The notes under the pieces: generated by a model | What the model was told of the DNA's origin: nothing | The model's input: only the letters and a program-made list of their open reading frames with translations | Database searches by the model: none | In this document: piece by piece, positions 26,538 to 39,930 of the stretch | Position numbering within the stretch: position 1 is the first letter of the stretch | How the letters are laid out: every line of letters starts with the position of its first letter | Assembly (NCBI RefSeq): GCF_018350175.1 | Contig: NC_058368.1 | Location: forward strand, 78,928,001-78,992,000 | Reading direction: 5' to 3' | DNA from: Felis catus | Lineage: Eukaryota | Length of the DNA stretch: 64,000 nucleotides | Translations under genes and position numbers: made by a program

Positions 26538-26759
26538 GGGGAGCCTGGTGGCTCAGTCAGTTGAGTGTCCGACTTCGGCTCAGGTCATGATCTTGTGGTT
26601 GATGAGTTCAAGCCCCGCGACGGACTCTGTGCTGACAGCTCAGAGCCTGGAGCCTGCTTTGGATTCTGTGTCTCCCTCTCTCTTTGCCCCTCCCCTGCTC
26701 ATGCTCTGTCTCTTTCTGTCTCAAGAATAAATACAAACATTAAAACAAATTTTAAAACT
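26538..26759 (+). mobile_element. CAN-SINE (first of a tandem pair)
   Basis: Head, body and tail. Left TSD aatacagcaaag at 26527-26538. Confidence 0.92.
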
Positions 26760-26987
26760 GGGGTGCCTGGGTGGCTCAGTCGGTTGGGTGTCCAACTTCG
26801 ACTCAGGTCATGATCTCACGGCTCGTGGGTTGGAGCCCCACATCAGGTTCTGTGCTGACAGCTCAGAGCCTGGAGCCTGCTTTCGATTCTGTGTCTCCCT
26901 CTCGCTCTGCTCCTCCCCCATTCATGCTCCGTCTCTCTCAAAAATAAATAAATGTCAAAAAATTTTTGAAAAAATTAAAAAAAAAAG
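26760..26987 (+). mobile_element. CAN-SINE (second of a tandem pair)
   Basis: Head, body and tail. Right TSD aatacagcaaag at 26988-26999. Confidence 0.92.
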
Positions 26988-29274
26988 AATACAGCAAAGA
27001 TAACTATATGCCAATTCTGAGCCCTTATGCAGATCTGTTTTCTCAGATCCCTGTCACTGCTATGTGCCTACGTCTGGGGACTTGCTTGTGGAAAATAAGA
27101 AATAGTCTGTTAGCCAGCCAGTCCCCAGCCAACCTCAGGCCCTCGGGTGAGATCAGCCTCAACCTGATGGCAGGGCTGAGGGGTCATAATAAATACTTAA
27201 TGTTTTCGTTTACTGAGTTTTGGGACAGGCGGTTGTCCAGGGACAGCTGCTTGCTACCAATCACTGTCTAATCAATTTAATTTTCACAGCACCTACTTTG
27301 AGCCACAGATTGTATTTGACTCATTCGAAGGCGATTGTTGGAAAGACAGCTATCTTAGGGATGATGTGACAGATGCTGAGATACCTCCCCACTTCCCAGT
27401 GTTCCCAAACGCTTGGTTCCCTCATCTGGGTACCCAAATCCCAAACCTTGGGGTGAGGAAGACTTAGGTTCCTCAAAACTTCTTATTAAATTTCCCAGAA
27501 ACATCCAGAAGTGCTCTTTAAAACCTTAAGTAGCCAGCTCTCATAAACAGGAGGGCATGGGTGCAAAGAGAATCACTCTTAAGGGAGAAAAGGAGCTCTG
27601 TTAAAAGAGCACGATCATTTTGCGGTATATGCGTGTATCAGATCAGCACGTGGGACCCATTAAAGGGGCAGTGCTGTGTGTCAGTTACATCTCGGTGAAC
27701 CAGCGGAAAACAGGAAAGCGTGGAAAGTAGAAAATGGAACATCGCTTTTTCCTGTGGTCTGTAGCCAGTGGATTGAAGTGTTACGTTGACTACAGTAATT
27801 TTATCTTTTATCTGGGTTTTAATTTTTTTTTAAGTGTTAAAGGAAGCAAGAGACCAGGATTTCTATTCTGAGCCTGACACTTAACTTTAAAGAAAGCTCT
27901 AGTAAGACAGTTATGCCTCGTGACACTTAATTGTGTCAGTCCCCAAAATTGTAAGGTTCATGTTCCATGTCCCTGTAGATGGAGGCTTGGCCTTTGCAAG
28001 CCTCTGGCTTGTTTTTGGTTTCAAGACCTCTGAGTCTGTGATTCCCAGTCAGGGTGAGTTGGCAAACAACAGTTACACCCAAATATTTGGTAGCTCTTAA
28101 AATAGGTTTTGCTGGATAGATTGCAGCCATCCGTGAGTTGCAGGACCTCGGGACACATCGTTTCCTGATCGGGGTGGCTAAAGTCAAAATGATTTTATGT
28201 CACATGTTATTTGATTTTTGTTTTGACAATTAAAAAAAAAAAAAACACTTTTCCATGGATAGCCCTGTATAGAGGGCCTATGTAATAGTTGCACTTTTAT
28301 TAAAACTGTGTGTGTCTCAAGACCAAAGACTACATCACAACAATTCTAATTACCTAATTTGTGATGATCTAAACTGGTTTGAAGGATGGAAACAGGCATC
28401 AGATACACCGTTGGCTTGTTTTCTCCATTCTGCCTCTCTCCTTCCTCCTCCATCTCCCTGCATCTTCTGTCTCCACCTGAGCCTTACTTAGATCAGAACC
28501 ACAGAAAGAACCAGGAAATTGGCACTAGGACAGTGTCCGAGAAGCTCATAAAACAAATACAAATTTTTCAAGAAAGGGTTGTTTTTGTTTTTGTTTCTGT
28601 TTTTATGGTCAAGAAAGAGTTACCCATTCTCTTGGGGAGGCAGAGAGCACAGCGAGCTGGAGAGCTCTGAACTCGAGCTAAGAGCGTGCAGGTTCAGATG
28701 GCCACAGGACAGAGGACACACTGGAGAATCTCCTCAACGGCTCATTTAAGAAACGGAGGGAGCCCTAGAGCCCGAAGCTACCCGCCTTCACAGACACCGA
28801 TCTTCGGCAGGTGTTAGTACGCAAAGAAGTCACCGTGGTCTGAAATTGAGGCTGACCTCTCCCGGCTCATTGTTCCCAGATTCGCTGCAAGCTGCTTGGG
28901 GATGGGCACCACCAAGTCCTCTACTCTGAGCTGTTGACGGGCTGAAGGACGCGGCGAGGCTTCCCTGTACTTGTCAATTACAGATTGAAATCGTGAAGAA
29001 CTATCCAGGCTTTTCCTTCCATCTGCAAAGCGGTGTTCGGGAGTCCCTTCTCACCTCTCCTAGTTAATGCTTTCCAGCTGTGAGTTGTAGCTTTCGCTGA
29101 GAGGGAGGGTTTAAGTGATCTTTTATTATTTCTGCTCTTCTTGTATGTGGGGAGGGTTCCTTTCCCAGCTCCCTGTAGGCCAGAATCAGGCTGGGTTCTA
29201 GGACCAGCAGCTGGCAGTCGATTTCTGCGGTAATTCACAGGGCTAGTCTGGGAGGCGGGGCTAGTCTTGGACAG

Positions 29275-29480
29275 CCTGGGTTCAAGTCCTGGGTCTGTCT
29301 AATCCTGATGGGTGCCGTTGGGCAACTTAGACCTTCACTGTCCTCTGTCTCAGTATTCTTTTCTGTAGAATGGGGTGATCACTGTACTTACCTCACAGGC
29401 TAGTCGTTAAGGCCAAATGAAATAAAGCATTTTAAATGTTTTAACGGTGCTTGACAAACACGACTCCATAAAACGGTAGC
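29275..29480 (+). mobile_element. MIR
   Basis: cctgggttcaagtcctgg...ttgggcaacttag...ctctgtctcagt...tctgtagaatggggtgat...tacctcacagg...aaatga. Confidence 0.8.
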
Positions 29481-31610
29481 TCAGATTTTTACTCCCAGCC
29501 CAAGATTTTCTTGTATATCCAGGCTAATTAACTGCCATTTTCATCTCAAGAGGTCTCAGCTTTTGACTCCCTAACTTCTCTTTCTAGTGGAAGGAGTGCA
29601 AAGAAGGACTGGAACCATGTAGGCGTGCGTGATATCCGTGGGCTAGTAGGAGGCAGACAGCTGCTTTGGTGACAGTGTCCCCACCCATCACCCGGTTCCA
29701 GTTCAGCTTGTCAGCAACTGCACACTCTTTCCCTAATTTCTGACATGTTTTCAGAAAACAATAAACCTCATGTACTTTGCTTCGGTCAAAGAATAAAAAG
29801 GAGGGACACCCCAAAGCAAGCACCCCGGAGTCCCACCCTTGCCTCCTGGCACAGATGAGCGAACACCTTGCGAGATTCAGATAGGCTGCAGGACTAGTGA
29901 CTGGCCTCCACAACGAGGCACCTTGTGGGTTAGGTTAACTAAATTCTCCAGCATTTGGGTGGTAGACTTGGGGAAGGCCAGATCGTGGCCCAACATCTTC
30001 AGGAACTTCGCACCCATCACCTCCATGTAAGTGCATCTGATCCCCAGGGTGGGGTGTCTGGACAGGCAGATTGCTCTAGTCTGCAGTGACTCTAGATTCC
30101 AGTCTTCCCCCCCTCCATCTGGGGTCCTGTAGGTCAATGATCAGCTAAAGAGACTGATTCAGTTCCGGCTGCATCTAAGGGTTTTGCATCAGACAGGATT
30201 GAGCTGTTTCCTAAAATGGCTAAATACCTAAGATCACTCTGTAGTTAACCTTTCAAGGGATGATCGAGGACAGCACCTGACTTGTGCAAACCACTGGACC
30301 TCTCTGCCCAAATAAACTTAGTTCATCCATGTTTCAGGGCAGACATTTTCTTGAATCCGGACCTTCCTCCCTTCCTATTCTTGCACACGTGAAAGGCAAG
30401 AACAAAACCAGACAATTGCCTTGGCGTTTGATGTCACCTCTGATATAAAAGGGATTGTATTTTACTAATAAGTTACTGCAGGCGAGGCAGTTTTGTTAAC
30501 CGTAGAGAAAGCCTTCAGTAGAATCCTAAGGCTGAATGTGAAGAGACGATCTCATTAATATGTTAATTCTGCCTGTGTGATCGAATCCTGGTGGATCAGA
30601 TGACCTCTGTCTGCTCCTCCTGGCTAGAAATAGGATGTTGGGTTAAATGCCTGTGTAATAAGAGTCAAGATATCAATAAGAAAAATGACAGTAATGCTGA
30701 CTGCCACGCGGCGTGGGCACTTTGCTGGCTACAAGTTCTTGTGACCTTTCTCCCTGCGTTGCTATTGCAGTAACAGACCCATATTTCATTCAATCATAAA
30801 GGTTGAAATAGATTTTTGAAAAAAAAATGAACACATTAGGTCTGTCAGTAGTTGCAAAATGGATCCTTAAGATGCATTAATTCCCCCCGCCCCGAGTTGG
30901 GTTTTTTTTCTTCCTTCCCATCTTTTTCTTTCATAATGTTTTTCTTCTGCGGCCAAATTTAGTTTGGAATCCAGTATCTATGAAGTATGGGGAAAAACCC
31001 TATAGAAGGTGTGCTCTTTCAACCACATCTATGCTACTCTAGGTTGCGAATTAATCATCTACCGACCCGAAGCTGAATTGGAATCTCTAACACGTTTTGC
31101 TCGCCCAAACACACCTGGGTGGCCCCCACATCCTTCCTCTGCATGCCAACAGGAAGTCACCTTCCCTATGAGAAGGGGAAGGGCATAGGTGGTGACATCG
31201 GGTCACTGATAGCTCTCTCCCTTTTTCCCAGTCTCCCTCAACACCATGCACTATAAATATGGTACCGCTGTTGCCAAAGCCAGCGGGGAATCGGGCAAGG
31301 AGTCAAGGCCTGAGTGGGAGATTCTGGTAGAAGTTGGCATGAAATATCCACACTGGAGACCAACACGTGGCCTTCAGAGCACAGCCCTGCTCTCTCTCCC
31401 TGACCCTGGGGTCCCTGCTGCTTCTCTCCGTCCTGGGAAGCCAGATGCCCTTCTCTGCCCTCACTGTTGGGCTCCACCTCTCTCTCTGCCCTGAGGTAAT
31501 TGTTCTTTCCTCCACCAACTCATAAAATGCCCAAAATGTGTTCCATCAGATATATATTTTTAATAAAAGTTGATGATGATGAGTAATCTAATATCCAGTA
31601 TAGAACATTC

Positions 31611-31823
31611 TATTTATTTATTTTAGTTTATTTATTTTGAGAGAGAGAGAGAGTGGAGGAGGGGCAGAGAGAGAGAGAGGGAAAATGAGAGAATCCCAAG
31701 CAGGCTCCGCGTGCTGTCAGCACAGAGCCCAACGCAAGGCTTGAACTCGTGAACCTTGAGATCATGACCTGAGCTGAAATCAAAACGTGGGATCTTAACC
31801 AACGGAGCCCCCCAGGCGCCCCC
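31611..31823 (-). mobile_element. CAN-SINE
   Basis: Antisense head ...caggcgcccc, (GA)n tract, T-tail. Confidence 0.9.
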
Positions 31824-32199
31824 AGTAAACATTTTAAAATGAAGACATCACCTGTAGGCCTACCAGTGAAGACATCTATTGCTAACAGGTGCTTTACTTG
31901 TGTTGTGCCACAGATTTACTTTTTAACATGAGTGAAATTATACTACGATGCTCTCAGTATACAAATGGTATAAATTCTGTTTCCAGCTTAGGTTCTTTTT
32001 TTTAGTTTTAGTTTTAGTTTTAGTTTTATAGCTTATTGCTGTTCAAGAACATTTCCCGTGTTTTTGCAGTGTCTTTGTAAACATCAAATATTAACTGGTC
32101 ATAAAAATATAGTATTTCAATATAAAAACCTTAGAAAATGCAGAACAATAAAAAGAAGTAAACAAAAGCATCTCCATTTCTCTTCTTGGGCTGAAGAAG

Positions 32200-32680
32200 T
32201 CATAAGTCTTCTGAATATATAATTGGCCTTATTCTTTATGTAGAACTTACATAGTGCTTTCTATTATCTTGATAGATTCACTAAATTAATCCATGAGAGG
32301 ATGCATACTATTTAACTAATCATGTCTCTATGTGGGGTCTTTGTTACTTCTTTTCGTTGTTGTTACTATAATGAAGATAATGGTGGACACCCTTGTTTGT
32401 AGGTCTTTAGTTGCATTTCTGATAATCATCTGAGTATAGGCTCCTGTCTATGGAAATCCTGTTTCGAATGATACGAGGGTGCCAAAGCTTTATGCCACAT
32501 AACCAATTGTTATTTAAGACTCTACCAATTTAAGCTCCCAGCAAAAGTGTGTGGGAATATCGTTCTCATCCTAATTTTGAAAATTTTATTTCTTTTGTAA
32601 TTGTAATGAGATTGACATTTGTGATCTACCTATTAGCCCTTTATGTTTCTTCTGTGAGCCCTCCTGTTCATTTTTATAGC
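32200..32680 (-). mobile_element. Old LINE-1 3' region fragment
   Basis: Antisense-L1-like 'ccaattgtt...taccaattta..ctcccagcaa..gtgtgtg'. Highly diverged. Confidence 0.5.
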
Positions 32681-32691
32681 AGGTGGAAATG

Positions 32692-32912
32692 TTTTTTTTT
32701 CTTTTTAACTTTATTTATTTTGAGAGAGAGTGAGAGCATACACAAACACAAGCAGGGAAGGGGCAAAGAGAGAGGGAGAGAGAGAATCCCAGGCAGGCTC
32801 AGTGGCATCAATGCAGAGCCTGACACAGGGCTCAAACTCACAAACTGTGAGATCACGACCTGAGCCGAGATCAAGAGTCAGACGCTCAACTGACTGAGCC
32901 ACCCAGGCACCC
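32692..32912 (-). mobile_element. CAN-SINE
   Basis: Antisense head, body and tail. Confidence 0.9.
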
Positions 32913-32999
32913 CGAAGTGTTTTTTTAAAAGCAACTTGCAGTGATTAGAGACGCACTGTCTACAGACTCTTGTCCTAGAATTTTATTGACAATTGTAAC

Positions 33000-33170
33000 A
33001 ACCATCTGGGTGGAGAGATAATACTCGCTGCCTTAGTTTCATAGATGATGAGCCTGTGGCACAGAAAATTCTAGTAACTTGCCTACAGTTGTCCAACTAA
33101 AAAGTGTCTCAACCAGGATCCCTACCCAAGGCTGAACATCTCCAAAACTGGCAAGCTTTGTCACCCTTGT
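33000..33170 (-). mobile_element. MIR fragment
   Basis: 'atagatgatgagcctgtggcacagaaa...agtaacttgcct' MIR core. Confidence 0.6.
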
Positions 33171-33219
33171 CACCCAGCGCCTACAACAGAAACAGCGCAG
33201 CTCATTATGTGAAACGTGT

Positions 33220-33220
<1 letters not shown>

Positions 33221-33251
<31 letters not shown>
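33221..33251. repeat. (CA)n microsatellite
   Basis: About 15 CA units. Confidence 0.92.
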
Positions 33252-33254
<3 letters not shown>

Positions 33255-35035
33255 AACACAGCAGTTCATCTTACACCTCAGCACCACCACCACTGAGTGA
33301 GCATCACCCCGGTGTCCCCCTGTCACACTGTAAAGTCATCAGGGTGGAAGGAGGCAAGATGACGTGTGACTGGACACGTGGGTCAACCAATCAGGAAAAA
33401 AAAAATCTATGAAGATAAATGAGAAAACACGTTTTAAAATAACACTTTCCTCTAATCATTTTTAATTTTATTTCTACAAATACAAAAGAATCTGGTCTTT
33501 GTGTCATCGTCCTTTTAACCATTTTCTTTTGATTTCTCTCAGAACCGAAAGCAGAAAAAACGATCACCTTTGTTTACTTGCACATTTTCAGAGCTTCTTG
33601 CTCTAACGTTTATCTCTCTAATCCAGGTAGAGTTTATCTGGACACACAGGGTGAGGTACAAAGCCAACTATTTTTCCCTCTGGAAAGTTAAATCAGTGAC
33701 CTGGTTACATCCATTTAATGACTGTCTCTTTCCCTCGCTGCTTTATATTCTCTGCCGTGTGAAATTTGTGTTAAGGGCTTTTAAAATACTGTCTTTCCTG
33801 CTTACGAAGCTCATATTGGTACCATCTACAAGAACTAATCCTAGAGACAAGATATCATAGAATCATTACTCTGTGACAAGATATCAGAGAATCATTACCT
33901 TGCCTTTTTATGAGAAATTGGTCATTTAAGTGACATCTTACAGACCCTAAAGCATGACGGTTCTGCACTGATTGTGCAAACAAAATACAGGCACAAAAAG
34001 AAAGTTATTTTCCAGTTGTGCGGTTTGGACCAGTCAAGGGGACAGAAAACAACACCAGCGTGTGTATCAACTAAGGTGGTTGAAGGTGCATCAACTAAGG
34101 GATTGAAACAATCCACGATGATCGAATATCACAGCCATTGGCAGAGAATCAGGACAGCGGTCCTCCTGATGATACTCCAGAGCAAGGCAGTGGGAAGGCT
34201 GGGTATGTGCCCGCCTGCTGACCAGCATTCCAGAATCACCCGGGGCTTTCTGTGTAAGAAGCCACCTCATGCCCTGTCCCCGTGGTGCCCCCGCTCCCCG
34301 CAGAGTCCAGGATGTCGGGGCTCCCACCACCCCTAGGTTCTCCTCCCCGCTTTCTTCACTCACATGAGGTTCCTCATCTGTGGCTGGACCTTCCAAGATG
34401 CCAGCAAACTCCAGGAGAGAGAGTTTTCACCGAAAACAGCAGTATCGTAAGGTGCTCACGCCGCTTTCTTCCAGTTGTATGCCCACGGATCATCTCCTTT
34501 GTTCTTCTTTGTTTATGAGGATTTCTTTAGGAAGGTTGCTCTGTGGCACAGTTCGGTCTATCAGAGAAGGTGCCCACAGCTTCATCGTGGCTTGTACCGC
34601 ATTGACACGTGATGAAGAAACTGCGGGACTTACTGCTCGTGTGGTCTAACAAGAGACAAGGAGGAGAAGGAGGAGCTGCTGAGGGCACGTTGGCAGTTTA
34701 ACTTCCTTTCCAGGGAAAGCGCGTGCAGTTGAAGTAGAGACACAAAGACTGTTTCAGAGGAGCAAATACGGGGCCACCCATATACCATCACATCCTAAGC
34801 TTAGAAATCAGTGTGTTGTACTCCTGTATATGTGTTTAAATTAAAGCCTTAAAAGAACACTTTTCTTTTTCGGAGCTTTTGTATGAGACTCTGAGATAAT
34901 TGTTGGCTGTTTTTAGTTCTACTGGAAGGTGATATGCAAAGTGTCCCGATGTCTCTGACCTGGAGGGGGGATGGGGCCAGGGGTCACATAAGGGCTCTAC
35001 GTGTGCTTGGTCACTGATTCACTGTTTCCTTTCAG

Positions 35036-35108
35036 CACACAGACGTTGGATATTGGAATATTGGACATCTTTGGTTTTGAAGAATTTCAAAAGAATGAAT
35101 TTGAACAA
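35036..35108 (+). CDS. MYO16: MYO16 internal coding exon E with switch II: (S)[24 protein letters not shown]
   Basis: TTTCCTTTCAG acceptor ending at 35035; donor CAA|GTAAGT at 35109; 73 nt, phase 2 to 0. Canonical myosin switch II 'LDIFGFE'. Not in the ORF track because it is too short. Confidence 0.97.
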
Positions 35109-35885
35109 GTAAGTGCATTTCTTTTGAAACTTTATCACTTTCATGTTTTTTTTTTTCAGCTAATAAATTGACTCCTTTATTCAGTAGAGACTATCTGCAT
35201 GATTGCTTGAAAATACAGAATTAAAATAAGGCCTTTGCTATCCTGTTTTAAAATTTGTATCCCTAGTTCATGGGCGTGTCCATCCTCTTTACGTGGCCTG
35301 TAAACAACGGGCATATTTTTTTTTAAAACTGAAGTACTTGTTTTAAAAGACAGCGTTGATCTGAGTTGTGCTTACAGAGATGTTGTTTCAACAAGGTTTG
35401 AGAGTCAGAGGGTGTCGCTTTGTGGAATCAAGGCAAAGGTCTTCAAAAACCTTGGCCAAAAATCAGAATGGAAATACTCCATCATGCTAAATACTGTTAC
35501 TTGTAGGTTCGGCTCTGTGTGACATTCATACATATGCCTGTCGGAAACTCGTAAAAAAAAAAAAAAAAACAGATTAAAGAGGCACTGATTGTTTTTAATC
35601 CACTTACAATTTAGGGCACTTTGAAAAGTACTAGTGTCTTTTCTTGTTTTTTAAGTATCTCCTTAGTAATGTATGATTCATGAAATCAAAGTAAGCATAT
35701 CTAAACTTTAGTTGTTAAAGAAGAGAGTAGAAAGAGAACTTGTCCAGGGCAGCAGGGAAGGAGAGATAAACCAATAAGGAGGTATTGGTGGAAAGAGGGA
35801 AAACCAGGCTGTGCTACATCATGGGAAGAATCACAAGTGGGCCGTGTTTAGGGAGAGCTTTGAATATTATGTCATTTGCTCAGGT

Positions 35886-36096
35886 TTATTTTTCTTTAAG
35901 TTTATTTATTTATTTATTTAGAGAGAGAGTGCATGAGTCAGGGAGGGACAGAGAAAGGGAGAGAGAGAATCCCAAGCAGGCTCCGCACTGGCAGCATAGA
36001 ACCCCATTCGGGGCTCAAACTCACGAACCCTGAGATCACGACCTGAGCCAAAACCGAGAGTCAGACGCTCAACTGACTGAGCCACCCAGGTGCCCC
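35886..36096 (-). mobile_element. CAN-SINE
   Basis: Antisense element. Flanks share ggtttatttt. Confidence 0.9.
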
Positions 36097-38008
36097 TGGG
36101 TTTATTTTCTCAAGGCAGATGATGTGGTGGTTAATGACACCAGATGTGAATTTGAAACCCCATTCTGTGAGCTGTCTTGGTCAAGAGGAAGAAATCTATA
36201 ACGAACCTTGGTCTCCTTTACAAGAGACTTACAGAGCTGTGGGGTTTAAGCTGGTTACTGGCATAGAGGTTCTGGCATCATTTTTCTAACTCATGTCCAT
36301 GTGTAAGAAATCGCGGAGGGCCACTGTTACTGTTGTAAATGGGAACACTTGAAAACCTTTTAAAATTCAGCCTTATTTTTTCCCCCACGAAACACTGGTG
36401 CAGCATCTTGTGAATAGAGACTAAATCATGTTGACTCACCTAATCCAGGGTGAGTCACCATGAATCATATTCTTTACAAAACTTTACAAAAGTCTGCTAT
36501 GAAATAAGACCATAGACTTCTTGTCCTTTCGGACTTCTGTATCCACGGCTAAGCAGGGAGAGGGGGACTGTGGTTTTATTTATTCGTCACTTACTGTAAG
36601 GAGACTAGCGATGCACAGGGGAACAGGGCAGTTGAAGGACTGACTGGTAAGATCGTGGGTCCGCAGGCCATGACTGCGATGCATCTCTCAACATGAGTAG
36701 TTGACCGCAGTCTGGAGGTGGTATTGATTCTCGACATTTTTGCCTTAGAAAACATGCAAGCTGCCATGTCCCTTAATGACACTCCCTGGTTTCTCCACCT
36801 CCTGGTAAGCAACATGCAGAAACCACAGGTGGGGTGGTGTCCTCTCACAGTCTCTGTGGGGCCACACTCCCAACCCCCTTCTCTACACCCCACATAGTTA
36901 TCCATCCAGTCTGTGCTGATGACCGAGATGTACAAAGTATTTAAGTTGTTTCCTTATTAAAACTTATTTGTTTTACTACAATTATATGTACCCCTTCCTT
37001 ATGTTTTCTTTCTGGTAGCTATTTTAATTACATATTTTAGAACGTATTCGTAGCCTGATATTTTCATATCGCAAGACACGGCATGTTTTCAGATCTAAAG
37101 AATGAGTCTCTATTAAATACCAAGAGGTAGTTTGAGGCACGGCTGGGTAAAATCTCAAAACCAATTCTTAGATTTAAGTTAGGGAAAAAAAGTATTTTTT
37201 TCTTTAGAAAAATGTACCTTTTTCCTAGGTTTGTTGGGCTGTGGTATACAACTGCAACTAGGAGCCATTCAGAAGAATAAAATTATTTTCTTTGTGATGA
37301 TTTCAAATCTCTTCTCATAGTGGATTTAGCAGATTTCTAAATCTGAATGTGAACTTATATTAAAAGCTTTGGTTTGAATGCTACATTCTAGATTCTTGAG
37401 TTGCTAAGACAACGTGAACTTCTTCATTTTATATTCCATTGCAAACTTTCAACAAAATGTTTAACAAATCAATATTGTGTTCAGAATCAAACCCGGAAGA
37501 ATATTAGTGCCTTTATAACTATGTATTTTATTCTCTTTTGAGCTTTTTGACCCATCTATCAGCTATTTGCTAGAATGTCAACTCCTGCGGCATTGAAATT
37601 GTGTCTGGTACAGCGTTTTGTATATAACAGAGACTTAGTAAATATGTTTTCAATTGAAATCTTAAGAATAAATTCAAAAGAAGACATCTTCAGAGTGGAT
37701 CTCCTAGCGGTTTTCTTACTCAGGAATAAATGTATGTATGTCAATTGTTCCTCCATAAGCAGCCTGACAAATGTTTAGAACAGGGACAATCGGAGGAGAT
37801 ACTAAAAAGCATTTCAAAACCTCAGCATCTCCAACCTCAGTGTCCCCAAGCAGCTCTAAAAGATGGACCTTTGTGGTTCCTTAGATACGAATTTATTTCA
37901 GTTAATAGGAAATGCTAATCCTTTTTTCTTTGACTTTTAATGAATCGTTTCTACTAGAACTATTTTATATATTATAATAAAGACCATATATAGAGTAAAA
38001 AATAGAAC

Positions 38009-38013
<5 letters not shown>

Positions 38014-38052
<39 letters not shown>
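38014..38052. repeat. (TA)n microsatellite in AT-rich low-complexity DNA
   Basis: About 19 TA units. Confidence 0.92.
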
Positions 38053-38057
<5 letters not shown>

Positions 38058-38919
38058 TCTATACTCTGCATGGTTATCCATTTATATATTTATGTATTAT
38101 ATATGTACTATATATACAAAATTATATACATACGGCATAATACATATAGAAACTCGGCAGTAGTTTGATGCATCAGGAGAAGGGGGTCGTATAAATAATT
38201 GGAGTCCCAGAGTATAATTCAGGAGGATCTGAATCTACCACCCTCATTATTTAAATAATTACAGTATTGCCAGCTCACTCTCTGTTATGTAATCCTGAAT
38301 TTTATAAACCCTCCTCTCCTTTATCATGTGAAATTCCTCTCTCGCTCTGTAAAAATATCTCCTCACACACCGGGGAAGAAGCCCCTCCAGGCGACTCTCC
38401 GACATCACGCAGTCAGTCAATCCCAAGTGTGGAATGCTCAATAAACAGAAAGGTAGTGAGCCAGACAAGGCTGTCCCTTGCACATCACAGCGCCAGTGAT
38501 GTCGGAGAGAAGAAAGCAGTCCCCTTCCTGACTGTGGAAAGTGGAAGAGAGAGGCAAAGACATTGCTCCTTCCAGATGCAGTTGTGTGTTTGGAAAAGGG
38601 AGAAGAGCGAACGAGAACCTCGCCACCAACAATGAGAGAACTTGACAGAGAAGCCAGGGGGCAACACGAACACACAAAACCAATAACGCTTAGGTGCTTT
38701 AAAAGTAGCTTGCCAGAGCATGATGGAAAGGAAGACAAAGTGTGTCAAAATGAAGCAGGTCGCCTAGGCGAGGGAGTGGGTAGAGGGCTCCTAGAGTCAC
38801 ACGATTACACGTAAGCAGGTAGCGAGACTTGCTGGACACTCAGCCAGAAGGGCTTGGTGTCTCGAGATGCCGGTCCTGCCTAGGCCGCCCGACTCGCGGA
38901 GGCGAGAGCGGTCCCGCTA

Positions 38920-39930
38920 CAAATAACTGGAAAGACAGATGGCAGAATTAGAGCAGCCCCTTCCTGCAGCTCCTGGGAAGTAATGAATCAAGGCAGGGAG
39001 TATCTGCTAACGCTGCAGAAAGAGACACAGGCAAGATGCCCGTCGAGTGTTCTTGCCAAGAAGGAAAGCTGGGGAAGGAAGGGGGAGGGGAAGGGAGAGG
39101 AGAGAGAAAACCTTAATGTAATGAAGTTTCCCGAGCCAACCGCTAATTAACAGGGACGGGGGACCGAGGAACATGATGAAGCAAACCATGGGGATACACT
39201 CTGCAAGATCCAGCGTGCGGGAAACCGCGTGGAGCAAATGGCCTGATTTCTTCAACATATAAAAATGCAAGGGTAGCCTGCAGATTCAAAGAGATGTAAG
39301 AGACATAGAAAGCAGTTAAATATGTGGACATGGCGTGGATCCTTATTTGTTTAACGAAGTCTAAAAATTGCCACTTAACTAATATAATTTAAAATCTGGA
39401 TAGCTGATGAAATGAAGGAGTTATTATTGATAAAAATTGTGTGTGATAAAGGTACTGTGGACGTGTTTTTAAGTTCTTATATCTTAGAGAATTATACTAA
39501 AATACTTGCCAATTAAATGACATGGTGTCTGAGACTTACTTTAGTATTTTTTCTTTTTTTTAATGTTTATTTTTGAGAGAGAGAGAGAGAGAGAGAGAGA
39601 GCATGATTTGGGAAGGAGCAGAGAGAGAGGCAGACATGGAATCCAAAACAGGCTCCAGGCTCTGAGCTGTCAGCACAGAGCTCAACACAGGGCTGGAACT
39701 CATGAACTACGAGATCATGACCTGAGCCAAAGTCAGATGCCTAACCTACTGAGCCACCCAGACACCCTAAGAATTACTTTAAATGGGTCTAGTTTTGAGG
39801 GTAATAGAAAAATGTAAAGCAGAATTGGTCATGAGTTGGTCATTGTTGATAATTCTTCAGGCTTATTGATGGCAGATGGGGGTTCATTATGTTGGTTGCT
39901 GTTGACTATGTTTAAAACTGTCCATAACAT
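38920..39930 (+). mobile_element. Old LINE-1 3' end (L1MC-like), interrupted by a SINE
   Basis: 'gattcaaagagatgtaagagacata...gtgtgataa.ggta.tgtgg...ttagagaattatact.aaata...atgacatggtgtctg...ttggtcatgagttg...tgggggttcattat' matches recalled L1MC 3' UTRs. Confidence 0.7.
39547..39767 (-). mobile_element. CAN-SINE
   Basis: Antisense element with (GA)n tract. Confidence 0.9.

Larger units (their letters stand above)
26380..27263 (+). mobile_element. MaLR solo LTR (MLT1F/G-like) interrupted by two SINEs
   Basis: 'tggtagattga...agtctatttcccctct.cttgaa...ttgtgacttgct' before the SINEs; 'tgccaattctgagccc' and 'actgagttttggg' after them. Confidence 0.7.
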
